A DNA stretch of 64,000 nt from Macrostomum hystrix (GCA_950097015.1 CATNEN010000005.1:3534001-3598000), one strand, 5' to 3'. Shown: positions 37,621-51,619, numbered from the stretch's first letter. Notes: generated from the sequence alone by a model not told the origin. Translations and numbers: made by a program.

Positions 37621-38884
37621 CTTAAAAATGTTTTATTTGTATACAAATGGAGTCTTGGTCGAATTTATGGAACAGATATGAAAACTGAAAGCAGTAAAAC
37701 ATGGATTTAGAAAATTTATGTAAAACCTTTAGCTTTGCGCTATACTTGAAATTTGTATATACAAGAAAATCTTTGGTTGAAAAAAATTATAAACATTATA
37801 AGCATACTGACTTGATCAAATTTATAGCAGCCAATTATGAATAGAAAACTATTGTTTTTAGTTAGTGGCATATTACTTTTTTAATATTAATTATTGCTAT
37901 ATGGCTGCAAGCAGTGGCATATCATTTAGTGACACTAAACCTTCAACCCATGAGTTGTAGGTCATATAAATTTATATTTAAAATATAAATTTTTATACTT
38001 GCCTTGTCTGAGTTATATAAGTATAAATTTATATTATATTATACTCATTTATATAAAATTATCATATATAAAACTTTAAATTAAAATAAAGCTTACTTTA
38101 TAAAACTAACTCTAGATATATATTTCTATATCAGTACAGAAAAAAACATAATAAATATGACTGATAGTACTCAACCAGATATAATAGGGATAATATAAGC
38201 TAATCATGGACAGGCTTATATCTATAAATAGTTAAGATCAAAGAAAATAAATTTATAATCTAATACTGTACACATTTTCTATACAATAGTACACATTTTT
38301 GGAACAGGCTGTGCTAGAGGTTTATTTAGGTGAGTCTTAAACAGTGTGTCATTTTTACTACCCAAACCAACACAAGGTTGCCTATTGCTGCGGTGTTTGA
38401 CACTAGCAGCACTAGTTCCTACATAGTAATATCTAAGTTGCAGAGATTATAAGCTCAGCTAGTTGTAGGTGCCCTAGTGCTAGGTTGTCTCACAATAATA
38501 GTCACTGTTTAAAACATTAATGCTGAAATTGGGCCTCCGATTATTTTAGTTTCTTAGAAATGTTCCCGCGAATTTAGTATATTTGTTTTAATGCACCGTT
38601 TGTTTGGCTAATTTTGTTAAAATGCACCGAATTTGTTTTTATGTACTGAATGCACTGAAATATAAAAGTTATAATGAAGTGAAGAAAGGATTGAAAAACA
38701 GTATAAATACATGAGCAAAATAAAGAGAAGAACTAACTTGGACAACCTTGGTTGGGAAAAGAGTTCAGATTGAGAAAGTTTGAATCTTGAAGTGTTTGTG
38801 TTGAAGTTATTTGAGAAAGAGACATTGCGAAGAGAAGTAAATAGAGTGAAGAAAAGCTGTAAATCTAGATCCATTGGTAAAGCC

Positions 38885-39020
38885 TAAAGACCAACTGAAG
38901 ATTGAATTAAAGATGGACTGAAGATTGAATTAAAGATGGACTGAAGATTCAATTTAAGATGGACTGAAGATTGAATTAAAAGACGGACTGAAGATTGAAT
39001 TAACAGACAGACTAAAGATG
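38885..39020 (+). repeat. 23-bp tandem repeat (AAAGATGGACTGAAGATTGAATT)n
   Basis: Direct inspection. Confidence 0.85.
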
Positions 39021-40703
39021 GATAAAAAGTGATAAAGACTGATAAAGACAGATAAAGATTGATAAAAGAGTACATGCGCAACACCTGGCCAACCTAGCCA
39101 GGTGGAACGAGGGCCAAGCTAGGTAAGTTGCAAAAACCAATTGACCAAGTGCAAAAAAATAAAAGGGGGACCAAGCGACAAAAAAAGAAGGCGTGAAGAA
39201 AAGGAAAAAGGGGAGAGAAAAAGAGAGCAAATGAGAGCAAACTAAGTTGTAAATAGAGCAATGAAACCAACTAAGTCACAAATGAGAGCAAACTAAGTTG
39301 TAAATAGAGCAAAAACTGAGTCGCATGGCTGGCTAAGATTTGGGAGGTTGGGCATGTATGCTTATAGAAATAATACAACAAGGTTATAAGTAAAAGTAAA
39401 ATAGAAGTTGGCCATATTATAACGCTACCAGAATAGATACAAAAACGCTACCAATTTGAATTAAGGAAGTACATAAAGCAAATAAAGTAAAGATATTCAT
39501 AAGATTGACATAAAGACAGTACTTGAGTAAAGAGTATAAGCACTACAACAACTTTGGTAACAGCAGTAGGATTGGTATTATTGGAATTTTGAGTTTAATA
39601 AGAAATAAGAAAGAGGCCTACAACAATGCTAAGAAAAATAATGCAACATTTAAAATTAGGAGTTTGCCACATTTCTGTCTATCTGAACAGAAAATATGAA
39701 GTGAAAAATATTTATTTATGGTACTTTAAAATGTCTATTAGCAAAACTTAAAGCTCTGTCTGAGCCTTTGAAAGCTCTGAGCCAATAACAGCTAGCTCAG
39801 CTCTAAGGAAGCCAATGGAAATGGCTAAGGCTAAGTTTATGGGTGGTGCTGGTGTAATGCCTTAGCTAAAGCCTAAAGTGCACCTTTCTCAATCTTTCTC
39901 AATTCTAAAGTGCAGCTGTTTTTTAAAAAATTAGTTATGACAGTAATTGGTTGGGGTTCTAAAAGTCGGAAGTGGCATCATTGAAATAAATTTAATGTAG
40001 TTTCGTGTATTCATTTGAAATGTTAATTTTTATGCCATGGTAAGGGGCCGGGCCTGTTAAATGAGAATGACAATACTAAGTAACCAGTTTGCCCTCCTTT
40101 GAAGCTCTCCATATGCACTCGTATTGAATAAAAAGACAAATACATTGCAGATACAGGCGCAGTACCCCGGCCGGCCATGCCGATAATTAGGGGCCTAGGG
40201 CCTACTCCTGTATTCAAAATATTACTTCATTGATTAATTATTGCAATTCCGAGTCATGTGATGAGAATAGCCATAGGATAGTTAGAATACAAGGCATAAT
40301 ACAAGGTACAATATTTACAAAATTGCTAATTCTTTAAAGTTGGACAAATATTTCTGCATTGGCTATTAAGGTTAGCCACCGGTGCGCGTGGCAGGGTCGT
40401 AATTTTATTTTTAAAAAACTAATAATTGATAAACAGTATAACAAGATTTGTCTAACTTTAATAACTCCTATCAAAAATATATTCTTTTTTAATGTAATTT
40501 TAGAAGTAAAAAAGACATAAAATGAGACTTACGTGTGTCACTTGCATAAGAGTCCATAATTTGTATTTTGGCGCTTTTTTAGTTTTGATATGTATTGTAG
40601 ATTTTTCACTTATTAATATAATATTATTTCAAAATTTCAATATACATTTCAATAAAACTTGCAACACTGACGAATTCGATACCCAATTCAGAAAAGCATA
40701 TCA

Positions 40704-41856
40704 ATGACCAGCAACGTTACCGACAATGCCTGGCGCCAATCGGAGGACTACTTTAGCAGGGTTGAGATTCAGCTTCAGCAGAGACACGAAGAAATGTAAG
40801 AACTCTAGATTTAAGCATTACCCTTGTATGGACATGGGGCCATGTTTAATTGCTAAGCAGGACATGTAAAAATATCGAAGCTGTTTAAATTTGTGTTCTC
40901 ATTTGTACTCAAGACTTGCTCGCAGGGCAGCACTGATGTCGGGAAGGGAGGCGTTCTATGACACATCTTCGGGTTTACCTGAAGTATTCATCGGCAGCGA
41001 CGTTCAGGCACGAAAGCGAAATGAGGCTCTATTTGATGTAAGACACTCTGGAATTTTTTGGGATAGCCTACTAAATTTGTCTCATCAGAAGACGCTTTCT
41101 GTGCTGTAAATTGTTTACAATTTCAGACCCTAAAATCTATTCGACAAGATATGCAGCAGACAATACAAGATGGAGAAGAAAATCTAAGGCACTTGAGGGT
41201 ATGAGCTAAAAAATATAGAAAAACAAGCATTGATAAATTTATTTACCAGAATTGATAAAAAATCTAACATAAAAACGCAGAGAGTCTATCTGCAGAGTGT
41301 GCAAGACACGATGCCGAAATGGATTGATCAGCTTCGAGAATTCAAACTGCGTCAGATACAGAAAATTGGCGAAGAGCGTTGGAAGTGAGTCGTGTGATGT
41401 GTACTGATCTACTCTGGTTTATGAAATTAAATACTATTCATCGACCAAATCAAATACTGAAACAGTGCCGACGAAGATTATCAAGCCATCGACGAGATCA
41501 TTCTGTACCGACCCAGCAGTCAACGGATACCAAATCTGTCTGTTGGTTCAGCTTTATCTGCCGCCGCCGCCGCCGCCTCCGACGTCATCCGCGAGCACGA
41601 TCACCTCGGCGACTTCGAGGAGGGGACTCAGCCTCGCCGCTCTCGTCCCCAGCAGCAGCTCGCAGCCTCCGTGCCAGATTTGAGCGCGTCGCATCGATCG
41701 TCGGCTTCTGCGCCGCCGGCCGTCGATGAAGGACGTCGCGGCAGCGCCAGGCGCGGCCTGGGAGCATTCTTAAGCAGCTCGTGGTCGAATCTGAGAGCTA
41801 GAATGTCTCGCGGTGGAAATAGGAACCGGCAGCAGCAGCAGCAAAGGCGCCATTGA
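40704..41856 (+). CDS. Hypothetical coiled-coil protein (5 exons)
   Basis: Phase-consistent GT-AG exons give MTSNVTDNAWRQSEDYFSRVEIQLQQRHEEM..TLKSIRQDMQQTIQDGEENLRHLRRVYLQ..polyA..QQQQQRRH*. I did not recognise the family. Confidence 0.6.
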
Positions 41857-42491
41857 TATTCGACTAAATATAATTTTTAGCGAAATCAATAAAGAAACAA
41901 TATGCACGTGCGCAGGTCGTACTTGGACTGTGATACGCTCCTACGAGTATTAACAATACAATTGAAGCTACGAAACAAGTAGGAAAAAAATCCCAGGATA
42001 AAATTAGTTGACCATTCATTACTAAATATTGTATATTTTATCTTGTTAAAACGGTGTAACTATAATTTAATTTTATCTTCTGCATGCTACTGTTTTTCCA
42101 TCCCATTTTTTAAATGGAGTCGTTCAGCGTTGTTATCAACATCAAATAAACAAAAAAATTAGCACCCAATCGGCGTGCGCATTTCAATAATAACAATAAT
42201 AATAATTTTGTTTTAAAACTTTTTAATTTCAGTCGATTAGTTTTCTAAATTAGTGACGATCTAACAGTGAGAAGCTTGAGCAGTAGATTAAGAACCCAAT
42301 GGAGGAAATTTTAGGGAGAGAAGCTTCAGTCGCTTTAGATCCCGATTGGGAAAATCTAGGGAGAGAAACTTCATCAAATTAAAATCCCAGTTAGGGAAAT
42401 TCTAAGAGAGAAAAGATTCTGCCACTTTACTTCCAAGTTAGGAAAATTGTAGGGATATAAGCTTCAGTCGATTTAAATCCCAAGTTAAACT

Positions 42492-44369
42492 TCAACTTCT
42501 AGGTTTAGCCAATTCGAATCCGCCAGTGGCCGCTAGTTCGATTCCCGTACAATAGGTGGCCTGCCGACACAGGAACAGACAGGCGGCGCCAATTTCTTCG
42601 ATAGTACCCAGCCGTTTGAATATACTAGCCGAGGCATACTCAGCTAGTTCCTCGTCGATGCTTCTGGCTGAAGCCATGCCACCAGAGTTGGCCAATAGTA
42701 GCGGGGTTAGAATTGCTCCCGGGCAGATTGAGTTCACTCGAACGCCGTTGACAGCTTCGTCAATAGCTAGAGCGCGCGTGAAACCGCTCATAGCCGATTT
42801 GGTCATGACGTAGGTCACGGCGTGGTGCTGGCCTGTTTTGGCTACAATGCTTGAGATGTTGACGATGGCGCCTTTAGATAAACGAATAGTTGGCAAGCAC
42901 AGCTTGGCCATGATGAACGCGCTGTACACGTTTAGCTCCATAAGGCGGCGCAGATCTTCTAATGAGAAATTGTCTATTGGCGCGTGATCCGGGTGCCAGC
43001 CGACATTGTTGACCAGGTAGTCTAGGCGACCGCGGCCGAATTCAAGGGCGCGCTTCACTGCTGCCTGAATATCAGCGCGCTTTTTCATGTTAGATACGGA
43101 TGCTGACCTGTTAGACACTGATGCTAACCACTGATGCTGACTTGTTAGACACTGATGCTGACCTGTTAGACACTGATGCTTCCCTGTTAGACACTGATGC
43201 TGACCTGTTAGACACTGATGCTACCCTGTTAGACACTGATGCTACCCTGTTAGATACTGATGCTGACCTGTTAGACACTGGTGCTAACCACCGATGCTGA
43301 CCTGTTAGACACTGATGCTAACCAGTTTGACACTGATGCTAACCTGTTAGACACTGATGCTAACCTGTTAGACACTGATGCTAACCAGTTTGACACTGAT
43401 GTTAACCTGTTAGACACTGATGCTGACCTGTTAGACACTGATGCTGACTTGTTAGACACTGATACTAACTTGTTAGACACTGATGCTAATCTGTTAGACA
43501 GCTTAACAGGATCCTTCCGAAACATACCTCAAGATCAGTTTCTTTCGTGCAGTCAGTTTCAATGAAGAGCGCTCTGCCGGGCCCAGTCGCATTCAGTTCC
43601 GCTTCCAGTTGCTTTCCTTCGGCTGCTGCATTTTATTACAATTTAAGTTCAGAGTAAAAATACTGCTACTATTAGTAGCCTGGTTGGAACTTTTGCTAAA
43701 CATCCTCATCAGTTTTTGTTGTCACACTATCACAGTTGAGAGTCACAGTGGATAGAGAGTGACGGTATAGAGTGACGGTGGAGAGTGACAGTGGATAGAG
43801 AGTGTCAGTGGATAGAGAGTGACAGTGGATAGAGAGTGACAGTGGAGAGTGACGGTGGAGAGTGACAGTGGAGAGTGACAGTGGATAGAGTGACGGTGGA
43901 GAGTGACAGTGGATAGAGAGTGACAGTGGAGAGTGACAGTGGATAGAGTGACGGTGGAGAGTGACAGTGGATAGAGAGTGACAGTGGATAGAGAGTGACA
44001 GTGGATAGAGTGACAGTGGAGAGTGAAAGTGGATAGAGTGACAGTGGATAGAGAGTGACAGTGGAGAATGACAGTGGATAGAGTGACAGTGGATAGAGTG
44101 ACGGTGGAGAGTGACAGTGGATAGAGTGACAGTGGATAGAGTGACGGTGGAGAGTGACAGTGGATAGAGTGACAGTGTCAGCGATTTACAAGTTATGACA
44201 AGTGACAAGTAGTCTCAAGCAAATAATGCTGAATACCCTGATTGGAACAGAAAGCGACCCAGATTCTGTCTCCGACCAGTGCCGCAACGCAACCTCGACC
44301 AATGCCGGCTGAGCCACCCGTTACCATGGCGACGCGATAGTCGGCAGAGGCGGAGTCTTCAGCGGCCAT
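42492..44369 (-). CDS. HSD17B14: Short-chain dehydrogenase/reductase, HSD17B14-like
   Basis: Exons 44369-44237 (VTGGSAGIGRG Rossmann motif), 43625-43528, 43064-42492 (GRLDYLVNNVGWHP, NISS, YVMTK catalytic motif, GVRVNSICPG, YCTGIELAATGGFEL). Confidence 0.8.
43095..43500 (+). repeat. 21-bp minisatellite (GTTAGACACTGATGCTGACCT)n in SDR intron 2
   Basis: Direct inspection. Confidence 0.9.
43738..44180 (+). repeat. GAGAGTGACAGTGGA(TA) minisatellite in SDR intron 1
   Basis: Direct inspection. Confidence 0.9.
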
Positions 44370-45114
44370 ATTAATTCTTAGAAACGGTTTCTTAGAAAGA
44401 TATTTGTTTCAGAATGAACAGCCTTTAGTTTAGTTTATAATCTGCTTCTATATAACTGCATGGCTTATCAAATTCTGGTTGTTGTTTTCAATGGAAATTT
44501 ATCAAGGCTTAGAATATGAGACGCCGAATTGTTTATTATCAAAGTCCATGTGACTGGTTTACCACGCCTGTGAATATCTAAAGCTATATTATCTTTCTGT
44601 CTGTTTGTTAATGCTGTATCGCTGTGTAGCACTGAACGTCAAAATTTCACGCGGCTAACGTATCCAAAACTTTCAGGGCAGAGTCATGCGACTTCTCCGA
44701 GTATAGTGTTAGAATATCGTGAGTGTAGACGCAATTTCTAGACTTCCCTGCATGGTCAAACTAATATATATATTTGAGATCGATTTTAAGCGAAAAAATA
44801 GTGGCTAATGGGACTTAATATTGCAGTGTTAACATTATACTACGATTATATAGGTTGCTCAATATATTTTTCTGTTGTAATTATTTTCATTTGCTCTTAA
44901 GCAAAAAGTACAGATTCTATTTTCAGTTGTTTCTAATTAAATGATTTTGAATACAATTTTTTGTTTTCTATTTAGTTTCTATTCTCTTTGCACTACTTTT
45001 AAGTAGCCTGAAACGCCTATGTGTATTTTTTAACTCTGAGGACCGTGAAATTATTTATAGTAGAAATAGTGACAGTTGCGAGAGACTGTAAAGAGAGTGA
45101 CCATAGACCGAGTG

Positions 45115-46100
45115 AAACTAGAGAGTGACACTGGAGAGTGGAAGTGAGAGAGTGACAGTAGAGATTGAGAGAGTGACAGTAGAGATTGAGAGAGTGACAG
45201 TAGAGAGTGACAGTAGAGAGTGACAGTAGAGAGTGACAGTAGAGAGTAAGAGTAGAGAGTGACAGTAGAGAGTGACAGTAGAGAGTGAGAGTAGAGAGTG
45301 AGAGTAGAGAGTGACAGTAGAGAGTGACAGTAGAGAGTGACGGTAGAGAGTGACAGTAGAGAGTTACAGTAGAGAGTAACAGTAGAGAGTGACAGTGGAG
45401 AGTGACAGTAAAGAGTGACAGTAGAGAGTGACAGTAGAGAGTGACAGTAGAGAGTGACAGTAGAGAGTGGTAGTAGGGAGTGACAGTAGAGAGTGACAGT
45501 AGAGGGTGACAGTGGAGAGTGACAGTAGAGAGTGACAGTAGAGAGTGACAGTAGAGAGTGGTAGTAGGGAGTGACAGTAGAGAGTGACAGTAGAGAGTGA
45601 CAGTAGAGAGTGACAGTAGAGAGTGACAGTAGAGGGTGACAGTAGAGAGTGACAGTAGAGGGTGGTAGTAGGGAGTGACAGTAGAGAGTGACAGTAGAGG
45701 GTGACAGTGGAGAGTGACAGTAGAGAGTGACAGTAGAGAGTGACAGTAGAGAGTGACAGTAGAGAGTGGTAGTAGGGAGTGACAGTAGAGAGTGACAGTA
45801 GAGAGTGACAGTAGAGAGTGACAGTAGAGAGTGACAGTAGAGAGTGGTAGTAGGGAGTGACAGTAGAGAGTGACAGTTGAGGGTGACAGTGGAGATTGAC
45901 AGTAGAGAGTGACAGTAGAGAGTGACAGTTGAGGGTGACAGTAGAGAGTGGTAGTAGGGAGTGACAGTAGAGAGTGACAGTTGAGGGTGACAGTGGAGAG
46001 TGACAGTAGAGAGTGACAGTAGAGAGTGACAGTAGAGGGTGACAGTGGAGAGTGACAGTAGAGAGTGACAGTAGAGGGTGACAGTAGAGAGTGGTAGTAG
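45115..46100 (+). repeat. 13-bp minisatellite (GAGAGTGACAGTA)n
   Basis: Direct inspection. Confidence 0.95.
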
Positions 46101-46894
46101 GTAGTGGCATTGCCCCTGACCTATCCAAAGTATGCAAGTATTATACACTAATATATATTTTAAGAACGATGTACATATTTGTCCCAACACTAAAATGCAG
46201 TCAGTTTATCAATCTTGTTAGCCAGTTTAACAATCTTGTTAGCCATTGTGGGCAACAAAACAGGCCTTGGAAACAGGCAAATACTTCATAACGCCACAGT
46301 CTGTAATTAACTCTTTCTTTGGCGTTCAAGCGTGCAAAATACTCGCGCAATTGTTAAGTGTTTTGAACCATTTCGCAGTCTTGAACAGAAAACTGAGCAG
46401 TTCTGTGGACTCAAAAATGGGGGTTTTGTGAGGATAAAAACTTATCTAGCCATATAATTAGTAGATTCGTGTCTATATTAGCCCACATAATACAGGCCCA
46501 GTTGGTGTGTCCAAATGAAATTTTATTCGCTTGATTAAGTCAGTGTCTTTCTTCTAACCTTTGCCCGCACCTGTGTACAATGTCCATATAGCATCGTCGT
46601 GGTTTGTTGGCCTGTTGCTAACCGAATTTAGTTGAAGCAATTCTGACAGCGACTTTAAATAGATGGCGACCAATTCATCGATTGCATGAATGGAAGGTGC
46701 TAAAACCGTGATTTGTGAGCTTCGTTCAGGGTCAAGCTGAGCAATTAGCCAGCGTTCTGGCTTGTCTAAAACTTGTCAATTCATTAGAAATCTACGGCAG
46801 ATACAACTTATTATTTACATCGCCAAGAAGATTTATTGTTTCAAATCTGGCTTGACGCTAAAACTCTCTCCCCTGAGCCTATCTCACTCTCACA

Positions 46895-47110
46895 TTGAGT
46901 TGTCACTCTCTCCTATGAGTTGTCACTCTCTCCTTCGAGTTGTCACTCTCTCCTTCGAGTTGTCTCTCTCTCCTTCGAGTTGTCACTCTCTCCAATGATT
47001 TGTCACTCTCTCCCATGATTTGTCACTCTCTCCAATGAGTTGTCAAACTCTCCCATGATTTGTCACTCTCTCCTTCGAGTTGTCACCCTCTCCTTCGAGT
47101 TGTCACTCTT
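46895..47110 (+). repeat. 20-bp minisatellite (GAGTTGTCACTCTCTCCTTC)n
   Basis: Direct inspection. Confidence 0.9.
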
Positions 47111-47679
47111 TCGCAGGGTTTTCTGCGTTTGTCATGAGGCTTAGATTTGCAGTATTTAAAAGTTCTGTCACTAAAAGGGGTTTGGCTATAAATTATTTGC
47201 CTTTTTGAGCAAAAAAATGTGACAGTGACATGAGAATCACACAAACTTCTATTATTTTGTTTACGAGTAAAAAAACTGTTGCTTTTTCTGCTAATGCTTT
47301 TTGGTAGATCTACACTTCACTTTGAGCAATCTGTCATATATTTGTGTAACGTTTGAACGTTTAGATCAATTTCGCATTTTTTCGATACACTTTTTATCTA
47401 AGAGTCTAATTTGTCCAATCAATTTCCACTTACATTTGGTCTTTCTTTCATTGAGGAGAAAAACCGATTGCTTTGATTGTAATATCGAGTCTTTCAATTA
47501 CGGAAAAAAACTAACCTATGTTGTGTATAGTCAACTCAGGCCCTTGACCTAACTACGTATATTTTCCTGCCTTTTGTTTAGCCATTTCGTGCCAAGAATG
47601 TGAAACGATTGCAACTCTCTTTAGCCAGATTAATAAGTCCTTTAATGGCCGGAAAATCTAAGCATACAAATTTCATCAT

Positions 47680-50600
47680 TTATCCCAATCCGTCTCTTCC
47701 CAATCGCATTTCTTCCCCATCCCGTCTCTTCCCAATCCCGTCTCTTCCCCATCCCGTCTCTTCCCAATCCCGTCTCTTCCCCATCCGTCTCTTCCCAATC
47801 CCGTCTCTTCCCAATCCCGTCTCTTCCCAATCCCGTCTCTTCCCAATCCCGTCTCTTCCCAATCCCGTCTCTTCCCCATCCCGTCTCTTCCCCATCCCGT
47901 CTCTTCCCAATCCCGTCTCTTCCCCATCCGTCTCTTCCCAATCCCGTCTCTTCCCAATCCCGTCTCTTCCCAATCCCGTCTCTTCCCAATCCCGTCTCTT
48001 CCCAATCCCGTCTCTTCCCAATCCCGTCTCTTCCCAATCCCGTCTCTTCCCCATCCCGTCTCTTCCCAATCCCGTCTCTTCCCCATCCCGTCTCTTCCCA
48101 ATCCCGTCTCTTCCCCATCCGTCTCTTCCCAATCCCGTCTCTTCCCAATCCCGTCTCTTCCCAATCCCGTCTCTTCCCAATCCCGTCTCTTCCCAATCCC
48201 GTCTCTTCCCCATCCCGTCTCTTCCCCATCCCGTCTCTTCCCAATCCCATCTCTTCCCCATCCCGTCTCTTCCCCATCCCGTCTCTTCCCAATCCCGTCT
48301 CTTCCCCATCCGTCTCTTCCCAATCCCGTCTCTTCCCAATCCCGTCTCTTCCCCATCCCGTCTCTTCCCCATCCCGTCTCTTCCCAATCCCGTCTCTTCC
48401 CAATCCCGTCTCTTCCCAATCCCGTCTCTTCCCAATCCCGTCTCTTCCCAATCCCGTCTCTTCCCAATCCCATCTCTTCCCAATCCCGTCTCTTCCCAAT
48501 CGCATTTCTTCCCAATTCCATCTCTTCCCAATCCCGTCTCTTCCCAATCCCGTCTCTTCCCAATCCCGTCTCTTCCCAATCCCGTCTCTTCCCAATCCCG
48601 TCTCTTCCCCATCCCGTCTCTTCCCCATCCCGTCTCTTCCCAATCCCATCTCTTCCCCATCCCGTCTCTTCCCCATCCCGTCTCTTCCCAATCCCGTCTC
48701 TTCCCCATCCGTCTCTTCCCAATCCCGTCTCTTCCCAATCCCGTCTCTTCCCCATCCCGTCTCTTCCCCATCCCGTCTCTTCCCAATCCCGTCTCTTCCC
48801 AATCCCGTCTCTTCCCAATCCCGTCTCTTCCCAATCCCGTCTCTTCCCAATCCCGTCTCTTCCCAATCCCATCTCTTCCCAATCCCGTCTCTTCCCAATC
48901 GCATTTCTTCCCAATTCCATCTCTTCCCAATCCCGTCTCTTCCCAATCCCGTCTCTTCCCAATCCCGTCTCTTCCCAATCGCATTTCTTCCCAATCCCAT
49001 CTCTTCCCAATCCCGTCTATTCCCAATCCCGTCTCTTCCCAATCCCGTCTCTTCCCAATCCCGTCTCTTCCCAATCGCATTTCTTCCCAATCCCATCTCT
49101 TCCCAATCCCGTCTATTCCCAATCCCGTCTCTTCCCAATCCCGTCTCTTCCCAATCCCGTCTCTTCCCAATCCCGTCTCTTCCCAATCCCGTCTCTTCCC
49201 AATCGCATTTCTTCCCAATCCCATCTCTTCCCAATCCCGTCTATTCCCAATCCCGTCTCTTCCCAATCCCGTCTCTTCCCAATCCCGTCTCTTCCCAATC
49301 CCGTCTCTTCCCAATCCCGTCTCTTCCCAATCGCATTTCTTCCCAATCCCATCTCTTCCCAATCCCGTCTATTCCCAATCCCGTCTCTTCCCAATCCCGT
49401 CTCTTCCCAATCCCGTCTCTTCCCAATCCCATCTCTTCCCAATCCCATTTCTTCCCAATCCTATCTCTTCTCAATGATCCTTCTCTTTCCAATCCCGTCT
49501 CTTCCCAATCGCATTTCTTCCCAATTCCATGTCTTCCCAATCCCGTCTCTTCCCAATCCCGTCTCTTCCCAATCGCATTTCTTCCCAATTCCATCTCTTC
49601 CCAATCCCGTCTCTTCCCAATCCCGTCTCTTCCCAATCCCGTCTCTTCCCAATCCCGTCTCTTCCCAATCCCGTCTCTTCCCCATCCCGTCTCTTCCCCA
49701 TCCCGTCTCTTCCCAATCCCATCTCTTCCCCATCCCGTCTCTTCCCCATCCCGTCTCTTCCCAATCCCGTCTCTTCCCCATCCGTCTCTTCCCAATCCCG
49801 TCTCTTCCCAATCCCGTCTCTTCCCCATCCCGTCTCTTCCCCATCCCGTCTCTTCCCAATCCCGTCTCTTCCCAATCCCGTCTCTTCCCAATCCCGTCTC
49901 TTCCCAATCCCGTCTCTTCCCAATCCCGTCTCTTCCCAATCCCATCTCTTCCCAATCCCGTCTCTTCCCAATCGCATTTCTTCCCAATTCCATCTCTTCC
50001 CAATCCCGTCTCTTCCCAATCCCGTCTCTTCCCAATCCCGTCTCTTCCCAATCGCATTTCTTCCCAATCCCATCTCTTCCCAATCCCGTCTATTCCCAAT
50101 CCCGTCTCTTCCCAATCCCGTCTCTTCCCAATCCCGTCTCTTCCCAATCGCATTTCTTCCCAATCCCATCTCTTCCCAATCCCGTCTATTCCCAATCCCG
50201 TCTCTTCCCAATCCCGTCTCTTCCCAATCCCGTCTCTTCCCAATCCCGTCTCTTCCCAATCCCGTCTCTTCCCAATCGCATTTCTTCCCAATCCCATCTC
50301 TTCCCAATCCCGTCTATTCCCAATCCCGTCTCTTCCCAATCCCGTCTCTTCCCAATCCCGTCTCTTCCCAATCCCGTCTCTTCCCAATCCCGTCTCTTCC
50401 CAATCGCATTTCTTCCCAATCCCATCTCTTCCCAATCCCGTCTATTCCCAATCCCGTCTCTTCCCAATCCCGTCTCTTCCCAATCCCGTCTCTTCCCAAT
50501 CCCATCTCTTCCCAATCCCATTTCTTCCCAATCCTATCTCTTCTCAATGATCCTTCTCTTTCCAATCCCGTCTCTTCCCAATCGCATTTCTTCCCAATTC

Positions 50601-51010
50601 CATGTCTTCCCAATCCCGTCTCTTCCCAATCCCGTCTCTTCCCAATCGCATTTCTTCCCAATTCCATGTCTTCCCAATCCCGTCTCTTCCCAATCCTATC
50701 TCTTCTCAATGATCCTTCTCTTCCCAATCCCGTCTCTTCCCAATCGCATTTCTTCCCAATTCCATGTCTTCCCAATCCCGTCTCTTCCCAATCGCATTTC
50801 TTCCCAATTCCATGTCTTCCCAATCCCGTCTCTTCCCAATCCCCCATCTCTTCTCAATGATCCGTCTCTTCCCAATCCCGTCTCTTCCCAATCGCATTTC
50901 TTCCCAATTCCATGTCTTCCCAATCCCGTCTCTTCCCAATCCCGTCTCTTCCCAATCCCGTCTCTTCCCAATCCCATCTCTTCTCAATCATCCTTCTCTT
51001 CCCAATCCCA
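47680..51010 (+). repeat. ~3.3-kb 16-bp minisatellite (CCCAATCCCGTCTCTT)n
   Basis: Direct inspection. It is the source of the spurious long ORFs. An orphan stretch lies at ~52250-52300. Confidence 0.97.
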
Positions 51011-51619
51011 TGTATTCCCAATCATGTATCCTTCGAATTCTGTCTTTGCCTCAGTTTTTAACTATCATATTTTAATTTTGTATCCACACAATGTCTTATG
51101 GCACAATGTTTAAGTCCAATTTGATGTAGCATTGTTTTTTACTAATTCCAATTAACAACGATTTTGTTTGAAACCGTGATTTGCTTTTTCTTCTAATGAA
51201 AAAAAGTCTTGAATTGTCAACTTACAGACCTGTGTCCGATGTTTAATTCCCAAATCCATTTATAAAGTTGAGTCATTTTTTGCATTTCTAAAACTTCGAA
51301 TAGCTATTCGTCAAAGCTTTATAGCTTCGGGGCTTGCTGAACACCCCCCAACAACAAGATTAATCAGAATGCTTGCAATAAGTTCTAGTTGCTAGGGCCC
51401 ACTTAATTATGCAGTTTTTCAGACCTTCAATCCATTTAGCATGGTTGTGAGCTCTCTAAAAGTTAAGTGGGTTCTCGCGGATGCAGACAAATTATGCAAC
51501 CATGTCAAGACATAAATGCTGCTAATCCGACTAGTCAAAACTGGTTCACGCAACACCTCGCGGCTACTCGAAGTCAGAGGAGAAACAAGGTCTTTATTAG
51601 GTAGAGATTTGATGGTTTC

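Noticed and set aside
43271-46190. ORFs rich in LSTVTLYCH / LLDTDA
   Set aside because: Translations of intronic and intergenic tandem repeats.
47600-51113. Long ORFs of 300-625 aa (PIPSLPN.. / GRDGIGKRR.., superficially neuropeptide-precursor-like with GKRR sites)
   Set aside because: These are translations of a 16-bp minisatellite that is open in multiple frames on both strands. There is no signal peptide or non-repeat coding context.
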